Below are positions 12,867-26,226 of a stretch of DNA of 64,000 bases, one piece after another; position 1 is the first letter of the stretch; the number at the start of each line of letters is the position of its first letter. The notes beneath the pieces are model-generated. The model was not told where the DNA came from. It saw nothing but the letters and a program-made list of their open reading frames with translations, and searched no databases. This DNA comes from Balanoglossus misakiensis. Its lineage: Eukaryota > Animalia > Hemichordata. A program made the position numbers and the translations under genes. The stretch covers positions 12,307,337-12,371,336 of the forward strand of contig CM082586.2 in the NCBI GenBank assembly GCA_040954595.2, in the 5' to 3' direction.

Positions 12867-14600
12867 CTAGGGCCATGGATTGATCAGGACTGGAGGGATA
12901 GCGACAGACTGTGAGGTGTGTACAGGGAACTGGACGGAGTCCGAAATACAGACAGAAGCGTAGATAGGCCAGTCGTTGTTAGCTGTAGGTACGCTTTGTA
13001 GACTCCGCGTAGGCTGCTCCCTTGTATGAGGCAATGTCGCTATCCAGCTTCTGAATTTGGTGTTACACAAGTCCTGTAGCAGGAAATGATATGTGTTGTA
13101 AGACATGTATAAATGCCAGTTATTGACAAGGTCAATGCTATGGATCTGAAGGTACTCTAATGCTTTGAAATAGTGTTTGCATTCATGTAGCCTAGAGATC
13201 GAGTCAGCACAGTTCTCGTTTGTACTAACATATCTTGCCGTAATATAAAAGTTGCTGGTAGCTGAGAGCCAAAAGATCTCTCGCAGCCATACCATAGCTT
13301 GTTTGTTGCGTGAGGTGCCAAAGTTTATAACATACATAGTAGTTGTGTTATCAGTGTAAACTACTATGTGCCGCTTATCCCAAAAGCAGTGCCATCGCCT
13401 GCAGGCAAGTAGGACCGTGTAAAGTTCCTTCAAATTAATGTGCATTTCCGCTAGCATAGGAGAATCCGCTCGCCACTGACTGTAAAACCAGTCGGTCCTG
13501 TTAACGCCCGCTCCCGCTGTGTCGCAAGCATCGGTGACAAAAACCTGTCTGGGCACCGGGGTGTCATCGATGAAGAACGCCGTGCCGTTAAAAGTTTCGC
13601 AGAGGTTTGTCCACCAATTAATGTCAGCTTTAGCTTCAGCATTAAGACGCACATGATGAGAGGCCCAATTTAATTTGCCGACCAGTCTCTGCAGCTCCCT
13701 TTTTGTAGCACGCTTCCTATTGTCCCAGGAGTGCAAATAACCACGCAATTCTTGCAGTTTTTTATTGTCAAGAGAAAGTGTCCGCGAGACTGTGTCCATC
13801 TGTACTCCTAGAAAGGTGAGACGCTGCGTAGGGTGAACTACTTTGTCCCAATTTATTGTAAACCCCAACTGCTGCAAGAGGTGAAGTAGCGCTTTGAAAG
13901 CCTCTTCGCATGCCCGCTGTGATTCCGCAAGGATTAAGAAATCGTCAAGGTATACTATTACGGCCTGATATCCCTTGCGACGCATCATACGAGTGACACT
14001 TTGTGTAATTCTGCTAAAGATTTCCGGGCTCCTGGCGGCACCAAAGGGGAGCCTTGTGTCGGCCATGTATGTCCAATTTGTATTTCCTGAGAATTTGTAT
14101 TTGAGTCCCGTTGCTCGCTGGGAGTCTAGGCTAATCGGCACTGACCGGTAGGCAGATATAAGGTCAATTTTTGCCAAGAAGGCGTTGGGTGTACATAATG
14201 ATACCGCGTGGTCGATAGTTTCATAGGTGAATGATGTAGTGGTAGCATATGAATTGACACCAAGTCCTTTGGGCTGACTGCAGTCATGTATAAGTCTGAT
14301 TTTCTTTGAGTCTTTTTTGGGGATTGCTCCCAAACTACTAACAATGTCCGGTTTTGTTTCTACACAAATATAGTTGCCGCTTGCAATTTCCAGCTGGATT
14401 TGGTCCTCAACTGCCGCACGGTTACTCGCCTTGTTAACTGATGCGTAATTGTTCCTTTCCACTTTGGTGAGTGGAATGCCAGGCGTAATAATATCAAAGC
14501 CATGTTTAATACCGTTAATCAAGAATTCCTTGTCAAAGTCTGAAACTAGTTCGTGTTCCCAAGTTGCTAAACGATCCGTCAGAGGGCTGGAGATTTTGTC
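12867..14600 (-). CDS. Reverse transcriptase-RNase H (open frame, in-frame deletion of about 24 aa)
   Basis: LPFG, YLDD, TDAC, INLKEL, TDN, ADSISR motifs; frame is open back to the gag TAG at 14601-14603. Confidence 0.88.
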   Translation of the reverse strand, partial: DKISSPLTDRLATWEHELVSDFDKEFLINGIKHGFDIITPGIPLTKVERNNYASVNKASNRAAVEDQIQLEIASGNYICVETKPDIVSSLGAIPKKDSKKIRLIHDCSQPKGLGVNSYATTTSFTYETIDHAVSLCTPNAFLAKIDLISAYRSVPISLDSQRATGLKYKFSGNTNWTYMADTRLPFGAARSPEIFSRITQSVTRMMRRKGYQAVIVYLDDFLILAESQRACEEAFKALLHLLQQLGFTINWDKVVHPTQRLTFLGVQMDTVSRTLSLDNKKLQELRGYLHSWDNRKRATKRELQRLVGKLNWASHHVRLNAEAKADINWWTNLCETFNGTAFFIDDTPVPRQVFVTDACDTAGAGVNRTDWFYSQWRADSPMLAEMHINLKELYTVLLACRRWHCFWDKRHIVVYTDNTTTMYVINFGTSRNKQAMVWLREIFWLSATSNFYITARYVSTNENCADSISRLHECKHYFKALEYLQIHSIDLVNNWHLYMSYNTYHFLLQDLCNTKFRSWIATLPHTREQPTRSLQSVPTANNDWPIYASVCISDSVQFPVHTSQSVAIPPVLINPWP

Positions 14601-15535
14601 CTAGGCCTGATTATTGGTGGCTTTGTGGGGTGTCCCAGCTTTATGGCGGTACTGTGGATGGTCTTTTTGACAACCCTCCTCAATACACACGTGCGCGTAG
14701 CGACAGGAGGCCCTATTACAACTGCTCTGGTTCTGGAAATCAAAACAGATTTGTTTTCCTTTGGTGTCGAAAGTGCGCCCTTTTCAAGACACCTTGATCT
14801 TTTGGGAAGTCTGTCGTTTTTCTAGATGGTATAGAGACAAATGGAGGTTGACAGTGCCCCATTTAGTATCGGACGTGGCCTGTTTTTTCCTGTATTCGTG
14901 GTCGTACGTCATCACAGAAGGGGTACTGAATGACTGCACATATTCGCCAATGTTAATTGTGTGGTCAAGGTAATCCGAGACATCCTCCTGCGAAGCACCA
15001 CATGACATCAATGTCTTGAGGATTCTGGCGTTAGCTGACACCCATTGCTCTAGTGTCACCTGATCGGGCTTAGGGCGTTGCGTGGCCGTGCGCATCACTA
15101 ATTTCGTATCGCCTTCAGTTATCAGTTCGGTTTCATCGGTAGAATCGAAGGAACCTTTCTTCGTTGTCACATAGTCTGGGATGAGAAGGGGTTTGGTTTT
15201 CTGCTCACCTTTCTGACACTTGGCTGCAGATGACGGTTTTTGGTCGATAATCAGATCTTGTAAGGTATCGTCCCCCATCGACTGTAGCATCTCGTTCAGT
15301 TCCTTAAGCTTGGCCAGGTCTTTTGTCGTGACATTTTTTGCCTCAGCCATGTCTTCCTTCTCAAATGTGGTTTTGCTCTGGGGGTCTGCCGCTAACAGTT
15401 GGTTCCGGGCGTGACGCAGTATACTTCGTTGGCCGATTGGGAGACCTATGTCGCCAATGTCCTTGTCGTCCAAGCACTTCAGCGTTGATTTTGTCGTGAT
15501 CGCTTCATCTGTTAATTTACTGATGGTGTCTTTCG
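14601..15535 (-). pseudogene. Ngaro gag, 5'-deleted, nonsense codon at 14784
   Basis: Nearly identical to the intact gag at 30961-31947. Confidence 0.9.
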
Positions 15536-16191
15536 AGTGTTATTGTCCACTATGGATTATGAGGCTTTTCTATGAGAAAAATTTTTTGACCCCATACTGG
15601 TCCAGGTCCATCAGAAACCAAACCTTCAGCCCTATTGGTTCGCCTGGAATTAGGTATGCACATAATTAATAAGTTAAGCAGTTGTACAGGTGACCTCAAA
15701 ATTCGGCTTTTCATTTTAGTCCCATCCCTCGAAATGCTAAGGCTGTACCTGCTCTGGAGGCCGAGATATGAGAAAGTAGATCACCTGAGGTCACCCAAAA
15801 TTTTATGGAAAAAATTGGACCCCACACTTGTCCATGTCCAACAGAAACAAAACCTCTAGCCCTATTGGTAAGCCTAGAATGAGGTATGCACATAATTAAT
15901 TAGGTCAAAGGTCAAGGGGTAACAAGTACATGTGTATGCTTCATCCCACCAAATATGAAGTCTGTCGGTCTAATAGTTATGTACTTATGATCATTTATGT
16001 TATATATAGTTCAAAGGTCACCAAGGTCACGTGACATTGCGGCGAAATGATTTGGTCCAATAGTTGTACCTGTCCACCAAAAATCAGCTCCCTAGGTGTA
16101 TTAGTTAGCGTAGAAGTAGATATGTGTTTTTCAAGGTGGGTCAAAGGTCAAGGGGTCACCCGAAATTTGGCTTCTCATTTCGGCCCCTTGG

Positions 16192-16947
16192 TCAGTCCCT
16201 GTTCACTCCATAAATGGAGACGTGTTCTGCGCAACCACAGCTGGACCTGTGAAAGATCAAATCCGATCGACATATTTAGTTTCCGTATATTATATTGACC
16301 AATGCAGACTAAATCTAATAGAATTACTACATGTAGTATATCGTGTACAATACACACGTTTGGCAATATTGCAGTTTGAGTGTTAGATGCTGCAGACGTG
16401 TATACCCGATCTAAATTTCCGACCGACACATGTACATGTATCACTGTTCACATGTACATACACTGTAACCGCGTTCTGAAAATGACATGGTATTTTCAAA
16501 ATGTTACCCCAAATTACCCCATCATGTGAGAGCCATGAAACTCACACCCATTGTCCAGCAGTAGTTAGTTGACTATCCTATTCCTGTTCAAAGAACGGGT
16601 GTGAAAAAGTCACTAAAACAGCATTGATACAGAGGTGTATAACACTGTCCATGATTTCAAGAGAAAAACATGAACGCAGCCCAGGCAGATCGGTCACTGT
16701 ATGTGGCGATATCTTTCTAAGTATTTCACTCAACTTGTACAGACGATGGCATGCTGTCTTCTGGAATGTGCTGGTAACGTCCCACATCGAAATTTTCCGA
16801 AGTTGCCGCTCCATAGTGTCGAAAATCACCAAAGTCTACGTGTAAACAAATCAGCGAATGATACTCACTTGCGAACTTCGCGGGATATGCAAATTTATTT
16901 CTGAGCATGTGCAGTACGTCTCCATTTATGGAGTGAACAGGGACTGA
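16192..16947. mobile_element. MITE with about 32-bp TIR and 3-bp TSD (TGG)
   Basis: TCAGTCCCTGTTCACTCCATAAATGGAGACGT and its reverse complement; partial copies at 37021-37340 and 55708-56400. Confidence 0.75.
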
Positions 16948-17059
16948 TGGTGATTGCTGGCAAGCTGCAGTGAACACTGGCTGTCCAGGACCTTTATAAT
17001 ATAGACCAGAATGCCATAATAGATGTGATAGCTTCATTGTACAGGTATAGGCCTATGGC

Positions 17060-17472
17060 TAGGTCACATGACTAATTAACTATTAATTGTTGGGGTCACA
17101 TCCACACGGCCTCGTCCACAGTGCCAAGTTTGAGATTGCTACATTGAGTCCTTCATGCTTGAATACAATGTTGTCATAGCCTTTTTGTAAATTTGGCCCT
17201 TATATGGTCATCATGTCACGTGACAAATTATATATTCACGGATTAGGCACGTGTCTCCTCATTGGCCCCGTCCACTGTGCCATGGTTAAAATTTGTACAT
17301 TGAGTCCTTCATGCTTGAATATGGTGTTGTCATAGTTTATTTGTAAATTTTGCCCTTATATGGTCATCATGTCACGTGACTAATTATACATTCACGGGTT
17401 AGGTACATGTCCACTCATTGCCCCATCCACTGTGCCAAGTTTGAGGTTTGTTCATTGGGTCCTTCATACTTG
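17060..17472. repeat. About 155-bp degenerate tandem repeat (about 3 units) inside a HINE-like element
   Basis: GTCAC(A/G)TGAC..GTCCTTCAT(G/A)CTTGA recurring at about 17062, 17215 and 17371; copy at 37455-37865. Confidence 0.75.
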
Positions 17473-17555
17473 ATTATTACACCTCACTCTGTATTCTGTA
17501 GTCTTGATTGGCTGAAACCGTACCACGTGACATAGAAAAAAAACGTGATATTACA

Positions 17556-18718
17556 TAGTGCAGGAGCTAACCCCACATTTTGGCATAATTGTGCACTTTG
17601 GGTTAAAAGCATAAAACTTGGTACACTTATGCATTGACCCGTGGCGGCCGTTTTCTGATATGGATCCAAAATTACAGCGCCCTCTAGTGGCCAGAAAAAG
17701 ACATTCATACTTAAAAATTGTGCACTTTGGGTTAAAAGCATGAAATTTGGTACAATTATTCATTGACCCATGGCGGACATTTTCCAATATGGATCCCAAA
17801 GACAGCGCCCTCTAGTGGCTAGAAACTGACATTTACACTTTTCCCTCCATTAATGACACTTTTTGGGCAAGTTTAACACTCAGAGACAGGAATGTGGGTT
17901 GTAAAACATGCTTGCTCCCATACATTCCTTTGAATATTATCCTAATCCTGATGTACATGCATCAGATCAATCTTGTATGTTACTAATTGAACGATTTGTT
18001 CTTCGAAATAACAACCAGTTCAATACACAAAGTCATGCAAAGGGGTAATACAACACCTCTTCTCCAGAAAGTCAAGGGTTCTCGAGAATACAGGCAGCAT
18101 CTAAAGAACATGTGCTGTGAGAAACCTAGCAAAGCTATATCAAACCAACAGAATCCCAGTGGAAATCAAGTTGGACAACTCTTAGTCAAGCCCAAGAAAA
18201 GAGTCAACCTCAGGAAATCAGTGGCCAAAAGTCATGCACATGATTCTGTAGGTGCTTTAGGTCTAGTCTGACAGCAGTGGTCATTGTTACTGTGAAGGAA
18301 GATGTAATCAAGATTGATCTGATACATGTATATCAGGATTAGGATAATATACACATGAATGTATGGTAGCAAGCATGTTTTACAACCCACATTCCTGTTT
18401 CTGAGTGTTACAAATGACCAAAAAGTGCCATTAATGGGGGAAAGTGTGAATGTCAGTTTCTGGCCACAAGAGGGCGCTGTCATTTTGGATCCATATCAGA
18501 AAATGGCCGCCATGGGTCAATGCATAAGTGTACCAAGTTTCAGGCTTTTAACCCGAAGTGCACGGTTTTTAAAGTATGAATGTCTGTTTCTGGCCACTAG
18601 AGGGTGCTGTCATTTTGGATCCATATCAGAAAATGGCCGCCATGGGTCAATGCATAAGTGTACCAAGTTTCATGCTTTTAACCCAAAGTGCACGATTTTT
18701 TTGTTAACTGCCCCACTA
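17556..18718. mobile_element. Fold-back MITE copy 2 (mismatched flanks ACA/TAA)
   Basis: Nearly identical to 2065-3228. Confidence 0.88.
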
Positions 18719-18786
18719 TAAGGAAGTACTAATGCCCCGATTCACTGCCTCACACCATTGAGTATTGGTGCCAAATCTAACCTTAA

Positions 18787-21030
18787 AGCCTCAGTATTTC
18801 TCGTAGGGGCAAAATTTTGTTTGAAACGGCATCTATAATTTCTAAAAGTAGATGATATAATTGATACTGAAGCGAACAGTCATCATCCCCAGCTCTGCTG
18901 ATAAACTCATACAATTTACAATATAACGAGTGAAGAATGACTTTCTCTCCGGACAGAAAGTCACGTGAGTCAGGCTCCTGTTGACACACGGAATGCAACG
19001 TAATTACACTACTGCGCATGCGTACTCAAATGTACACAAGTATCAGCAAACAGCAACGGCGCGGCGTCCACATCCGCGTCCATAGAGTCTACGCGGAAGG
19101 GGTTTGGTCGCCCCAAATCTAGCGACTTAGCGAAGAAACGCGCACTTAGGGACGAGGTCATTTTCAAATAGGCGATACCACGCGAGGTTACCCCCCCCCC
19201 CCCCTCGCCCTACTCTGGCAGTTCAGACGGGAAAGCGATTAGCAGCGTTTAATGAGTTCGCATGCGTAATGTATCCCAATGCGATACCACACTGATTAGC
19301 ACCTCGTTAGTGTACTGTTGTTTTATGTTGAAGGCTTCTGATTTCGCTGACAGTCTTCTGCATGTACTCTTATGGGTGACAGGAGAGAGAGAATTGTGCA
19401 AGGTTATCAATACATGTATGTCTGTTTTGAACTTTCATGTCTGTTTTGGACTGAGAGCTGTTGAATGAGGGAGAGATCTCGCACGAACGATCAGGAGGTC
19501 GCGCAGACGAAATCCTTTCATTGCGTGAAGCAACAATCTCACAATAAAATTGCAACATGAGCTGAGTAGGCCTAAGTGTCCTTTCCTGCCAACGCATGCC
19601 ACAAGTGAATTTGAGAAAACTTGTTCCACATGTATAAAATCCATAGAGTATTTCTAAAAGCTGGGGAGTTCATTCTAAGTACAACTGTTGTCTGGCTAGG
19701 GGTCCCATCTTGAACGTCACCTTATGAGTGACCCTCTGACCTAAAGCATGTTGTACAGGGAATAATGTCAACTCTGTCTTTTTAGTCTTATACAAGAAAT
19801 TTGCAGTGGAAACTATATTAAAAGTTCAATTGGAGGGTTTTCAACAAAACTGAGAATTCCGGTACAGAGGTATTGGTTGGTTTCAGAAGCAATTGGAGTC
19901 ATGGAAGTTCACTGCCTGCGCACCCTAGTCCGATACAATATAGGCGTGATATCACAGTGTAACTTATACTTCCCAAGAGCGTGACTGCTTGTATGTACTG
20001 TATCAAATTCAACGATAAACCAAGTTTGCTACAAGTGTGCTATGAAGTTGTTATCAGTATCGATTACAGGTCGTAAGGTCATAAACTGTGAACATTGATT
20101 CTCTTGTACGCGTACACCCAAGCCGGCGAAAATGAAAAGATTTTACAAAAAAAAAACCAGGCCAGCGATTTTCCTCTGTTTACAGACGGAAATTTTTCGC
20201 TATACAGCCGGCTATTTTTCCGGCTTCCGACTATTTTCTACATCCCTGCTTTTAGCGAGGGCATGACCTTCTGTGGTCAGTATGGGACACTTGAGTGCGC
20301 GATTGCCTGCTTCTATAAATAACTAACATGGTCTCTTACTCAGTCGCGCAAAAGGGGAAAAATAAGACCATATTCTCGTGATTTTTTCTCTCTCAATTAT
20401 TGGAGCCGTTCAGGCCATTTGCTACCGCAGGGTTACTGTTGGACTACAGGGCTGTTTAGACAATATAATGGCACTAGTTCAAGGTGTGAACGACCCCGGT
20501 AATGAGTTGCTCATGAATATTCACGTCATATAACATGAGAGGAGTTATACTATGCGAATGCGAGGTCGGGGGAACCGCGCGCGGTACTGCCTACTTGAAA
20601 ATTACATCTTCCCTAATTCGGCGAAATTACGGGAAGATAAATATATAGGATGAAATCAGTCGATGGAACCAGATCAAATCCGAAAATGTTCTGACATCAA
20701 ATGTCGAAATTGCACGTTTGCTGATCGACCGTAAGAAAGTGACCAGAGCCCTCCGAGGTCCGTATTGTTTTGATCACACGTAATCCCAAACATCTCGCGA
20801 GATTGATGCGTCATCGCTATAAGCGTTCTCGGTCACATGTACACCATGTCCAATGTAAACAAACCCACGCATCATATCAAGTGTTACGGCAATATTTTCG
20901 ACTTGCATGTAGCTACAATTGCCCAAACCTTTCTTACATCTTCATTATGTAGTATTCCATGATGAATGTACAGGAAAAACGGGCTTTTTTCGATGATGAA
21001 AAATGGATACACACGAGAAATACTGGGGCT
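18787..21030. mobile_element. Non-autonomous TTAA transposon, duplicate of 3297-5536
   Basis: Same TIRs and TTAA TSD. Confidence 0.9.
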
Positions 21031-22176
21031 TTAATATTCCATTCTATGCATGTTGCTTATCATGGCAATGGCAGCCATATTGGATTTCTCTGGTATTGGG
21101 GTGTAGGGTAACAATATGTCATTTTCAATGTAAATATTTTCTGCCTGGCCAAATTAGTATTTTTTTGTAAAGCAGGAGTGTCAAGTGTTTTCATATGTTA
21201 AATTTGTACAAATCCCTGCATTGGTTTTTCTGAGGGGGGTGTTTATTTTCAGAAATTTGAGCAAAAACATGAGTAATATTGCATTTCCATTGAAAATTAG
21301 CAAAGTTTTACGTTGTATTTCAAATTTCTGCAATGATTACAACAGTTATGAGAGAGACAGTCTTTGACAAGTGCACAACTTGTAGGATCTATGTTCTGGG
21401 GCTGCAAGATTTTTTTCTAGTGGTATGATTTCATGTGTCACAGTTTTTTTTGTCAATTAAAATTACATGTGTCATTACTACACATGTATGGTTTCAAACT
21501 GACCCATCAGCAGAAGTACTTGGCAAGGGATTTTTATATTTTAACATTATTTATTGGGACAGTCTGTCTTTTTACTGGTAGTCAAATTTTGCATTTTTGT
21601 TAATTTTGACTTCCCTATATTGGCACAAGACCTGTAATTCACTTCCTGGTTCGTAACCCTCGAAGATAGTCCGTAAAAAGTAGTGCATTGCCTAATATTT
21701 TGAGACCTGAATTGATGCTGAATAGGATTTACCATGGATATGTAGCATTTTTGGAGAGAGCATTTTGAGATGCATTCAAAATTCCCACTGGTGTGAGAGA
21801 ATGTGGTGTAATGTTGTTGTACACAGCGGAGTAATCGAAGATGAGGCGACTGTGCACTTTGGCATAATTTTTTTTCAAAATTACCACTGGGGTCGCTATT
21901 TTGATCTCTCCCGAAAAAAAAATCCATGGACTTGCCTGCACGAAAATTTAGCCTGTGCACAAACAGACCATGTTCTGACAGTAGTTAACGGGATTCGGCT
22001 CGCTCAACGTTATAAAATAGGAATATTTAGCTCAACGCTACCATTGTCATATATGGGAAATGAATCACAGATCTTGCGCCTATATAGAGGAGTTTTAAGG
22101 TATGGTCCTATTGGATACAATTTGTCATTTTTTTTATGTTTTGGCGGGTCTAACCTAAATTCTGTCATCATTAGCA

Positions 22177-22775
22177 ATGGACCCCGACACGCTAGAGAAA
22201 TACCGCACCAAGCTTCACGAAAATTCATTCTTGGCCAGCAACGGGGAGTGTCAGATATGGTGTGGTTCCTTGAAAACAGGGGGAAAATATGGAGTCACAA
22301 ATGTAAAACAGTCGAGCACTTCTTCGTGGAAGTGTATTGTGGTCCATCGTGTATCATACATGGTGGACCACAATACCACAGTGGTTGTCAAAACTCTGGA
22401 TAAACTCAGTGTGTAGGTCACGGCCGTTTCAGGGTGTGCAGGCTTGACCTTTCGTTATCATGAAAGGTATTAGATATTATTACAGATTTGACAGTATATT
22501 TGTTCTCTGGGTAAAGTTGTACATTTTATCATATTTCTTTTCCATTGTCATTGATTTCAGACTTGCTGCTGCACTACCACCCCTTGTCAAAGGACAGCTT
22601 AAGGCTTCATCCTTTGTATGTGTTGATTCAGCCAATCCATTATTTAGACGATGAATTGCTGAAGCTCAACGTGAAGTCGCATTGCGAGAGAAGTTGACAT
22701 TTTTAGGTAAGTAAGTACTAATGCCCCGATTCACTGCCCTACACCTTTGAGTATTGGTGCCAAATCTAACCTTAA
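22177..22775. pseudogene. KolobokP-like nuclease (+, 22177-22463) and transposase (-, 22480-22775) remnants
   Basis: Duplicate of 6684-7282. Confidence 0.7.
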
Positions 22776-23436
22776 TATTCCATTCTATGCATGTTGCTCA
22801 GCATGGCAAAATGTCATTCAGTGGCAATGGCAGCCATATTGGATTTCTCTGGTATTGGGGTGTAGGGTAACAATATGTCATTTTTAGGTCCCATTGGTAT
22901 AGGCATATATACCATGGGACCTTATGGGATGGGTTGCGTCTGTATGTATGTATGGATGGATGGATGGATGGATGTATGTATGTATGGAGGTATGTCTGTA
23001 TGTCCGTCCACATCAAAAACTTGAAAACCGCTGCGCGTATCACCTCAATATTTGGTGTGTAGGTGCAGGCAGGGCTGCAGATGGGAGTTTGTCCAAATGA
23101 AATTGCCAGGCCCAAAAATATGCAAATTAGCTTGTAAAATGTGAAATTGATCAAAACTCTGTAAGTCAACAATTACTGGTCAGATTGCTTTGAAAATTGG
23201 TATGCATGTACCTTATGTCAACCTCACACCGACCTGTAAGTGTTCAGTTGATATCATGGATGTTTTATTTGTTATGAATTTTTTAGTCTTTTTATTAAAT
23301 TTATACCTTTACTTATACCTCTATGGTTAAGCTATGTCCACGTCTTATTGTGGAATTCTGGTCTGTGCAATAGTCCTGTACAGTGACTGTCTATTGGTCA
23401 GTGAGCACAATGGGGCCAAAATAAATGGCAAAATGT

Positions 23437-24560
23437 TGGGATCACCTGTAACACCTGCTTAACACATTAATTATGTGCATACCTAATTCTGGGCTAACTA
23501 ATAGGGCTAGAGGTTTCGTTCTTGTGGGACATGGATCAGTATAGGGTCAAAATTTCTTTCCCAAATTTTGGGTGACCTCAGGTGACCTTTGACCTACTTT
23601 CCTATATCTCGGCATCCAGAGCAGGTACAGACTTGCCGTTTGGAGGGTTGGGACTAAAATTGAAAAGCCAAAATATTGGTCACCTGTGACACCTGCATAT
23701 CTCATTTATTATGTGCATACCTAATTCAAGGCTAACCAATAGGGCTATAGGTTTGTTTTTTGTTGAACATGGACCAGTATAGGGTCAAAATTTCTTGCCC
23801 AAATTTTGCATAACCTCAGGTGACCTTTGACCTACTTTACCATTTCTTCGCATCCAGAGCAGGTACAGACTTGGCGTTTGGAGGGTTAAGCCAAAATTGG
23901 GGGTCACCTGTGACACCTGCATATCTCATTAATTATGGGCATACCTAATTCCAGGCTAACCAATAGGGCTATAGGTTTGGTTTTTGTTGAACGTGGACCA
24001 GTATAGGGTCAAAATTTCTTGCCCAAATTTTGCATGACCTCAGGTGACCTTTGGCCTACTTTACCATATCTTGGCATCCAGAGCAGGTACAGACTTGGCG
24101 TTCGGAGGGTTGGGACTAAAATTGAAAAGCCAAAATTGGGGGTCACCTGTGACACCTGCATATCTCATTAATTATGTGCATATCTAATTCCAGGCTAACC
24201 AATAGGGCTATAGGTTTGGTTTTTGTTGAACATGGACCAGTATAAGGTCAAAATTTCTTGCCCACATTTTGCATGACCTCAGGTGACCTTTGACCTACTT
24301 TATCATATCTTGGCATCCAGAGCAGGTACAGACTTGGCGTTTGGAGGGTTGGGACTAAAATTGAAAAGGCAAAATTTGGGGTTACCTGTTACACCTGCAT
24401 ATCTCTTTAATTATGTGCATACCTAATTCCAGGCTAACCAATAGGGCTATAGGTTTGGTTTTTGTTGAACATGGACCAGTATAGGGTCAAAATTTCTTGC
24501 CCAAATTTTGCATAACCTCAGGTGACCTTTGACCTACTTTTCCATATCTTGGCATCCAAA
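23437..24560. repeat. About 239-bp tandem repeat, about 4.7 units
   Basis: One unit fewer than the paralogous array at 7944-9305. Confidence 0.9.
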
Positions 24561-25942
24561 GCAGATATGCTTATTGCTATGTTGCTATGTGCTATGTTGG
24601 CTTGGGCCTGCTATTGCTGCTTGCAGCTATATTTTTTCTTTAAAACTGCTATTAAATTTTTAATTACCAGTGGCAGGTCAGTGTCTGTCTGTCTGTCTGT
24701 TCCAGGGCTGACTGAAAGAAGTTGCTTCTCATATGTGTTTGTACAGACAATTTTTGGTCATTTTTTTTCTAGCACCACTTGTAAGACTGCCATGACACAT
24801 GACAGTTTATTGGGCATGTTCCTTGTTAATTTTTTTACATTCCATATTTCTATATCGTAAGATCATATCTGCTTGCAATGTCACCTGTAATTTTTATTCT
24901 GGTGTGTCACTGTTTCCGCATAATCCTCAAATGCGACCACAGTGTCCTTGACGCTATTTTTACATTGAATGGACTAGTCTGCTCAAACTTTCCTCACCAA
25001 AAATTCTGTTTAATCTTCTGTAACATGTATACTAGTATACATGTAGCTGCCTGATAGTTTGCCCTGTGTGTGTAATTGCTGAGTGACATAACGCATTCTG
25101 TGATTGGTCCAGTCACGTAACCACCAATCAGATCGCTTGTTATAAGGAGAACTGCGCGACCTTTTACCGCATTAGCATACCTAATTTTTAGGGCTCGATA
25201 TTACCTCTGAGGACGCAATATTTAAGTTGAAGTTTTTTTTTTTTATCATATTAATGCAAGAAGACTTGCTTTTTATGTAAAAGAAATAGACCCTAATATA
25301 CAGAGTGCATTTTGAAACGATAGGCAGGTCCGGCCCATAGCCTAATTCTTCATTTTTCTGTCATGCGTAGGAATTGATCAGTGCTAACAACCCATGTCAA
25401 AATGGCGGCACTTGCCAACCCTAACCTTGTGTGTGGCATTGACGTGCACCTGCCAAGGATGCTATACTGGGGAGTGCTGTGAAAATTGTAAGTCAGTTTC
25501 TTTTGTCAAATTAATCAATATGTGTGGGACTGCTATACATGTATATAAAACAGAATACTGCGATGGAAAATTCAATAACTTAATGTTTCAGTGGATATAT
25601 GACTTAAAGTTAGCAGGATGCAGTAAATTCAACAGAAAGTGTAATTTCCTCTTGTGTGAGCTCTGTGCGACTGTGCCAATGAAAATCTCACCACAAACAA
25701 AAATGACAGGTATACACTGTATATTAGCAGCTTTGTCTCTGTAATAGCCATAGTGTTTTGAAGTTGAAAACTTGCAAAGTGTGCAGTTTTATTCAGACTA
25801 CAAAGGAAACATTGTTGAAACGGATTATCTGTGTACATTGTCAAACTGTACACTTGTCGTGAGATTTATTCTCAATTATATTATATCATGCTACAGTCCG
25901 CAATTCTGATTGGTCGAGAGCTCAATCCAGCGATGCTAAAAT

Positions 25943-26226
25943 TAAGCAATAACACACCCCCAGCCATGGTATACCACGAGATTTTGACCAGTTCACGACA
26001 TGGAGTTGAACTGGTCAAAATCGAGTGGTATACCATGGCTGGGGGTGTTTTATTGCTATTATATTATGCCAGTATATTGAAACTTTGCATAAAACATTTA
26101 AAAAAGGCATTTTCTTTGACTATGGTATATGACCGTGGTATATGTCTAATATATCACGGTCACGTGTCGTGTCTCGACCAATCAAATGGCGTGATTTACA
26201 CCATCAATATACTGGTATAATATAAT
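25943..26226. mobile_element. 284-bp hairpin + TIR element (Crypton-like non-autonomous)
   Basis: About 115-bp palindrome followed by a TIR-bounded block; absent at paralogous sites 10688 and 52555. Confidence 0.65.

Larger units (their letters stand above)
12385..15550 (-). mobile_element. Ngaro-type DIRS retrotransposon family 1, deleted copy
   Basis: B2-A2-B1 repeats at 12385-12820; most of YR and the 5' end are deleted relative to 27920-32094. Confidence 0.93.
2065..17555. repeat. Segmental duplication unit I (about 15.5 kb)
   Basis: Near-identical to 17556-37948 apart from indels; same ORFs at an offset of about 15.49 kb. Confidence 0.95.

Noticed and set aside
21765-22403. 212-aa ORF as a gene
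   Set aside because: Broken in the paralog by a 1-bp T-run difference, and overlaps the nuclease in the wrong frame.
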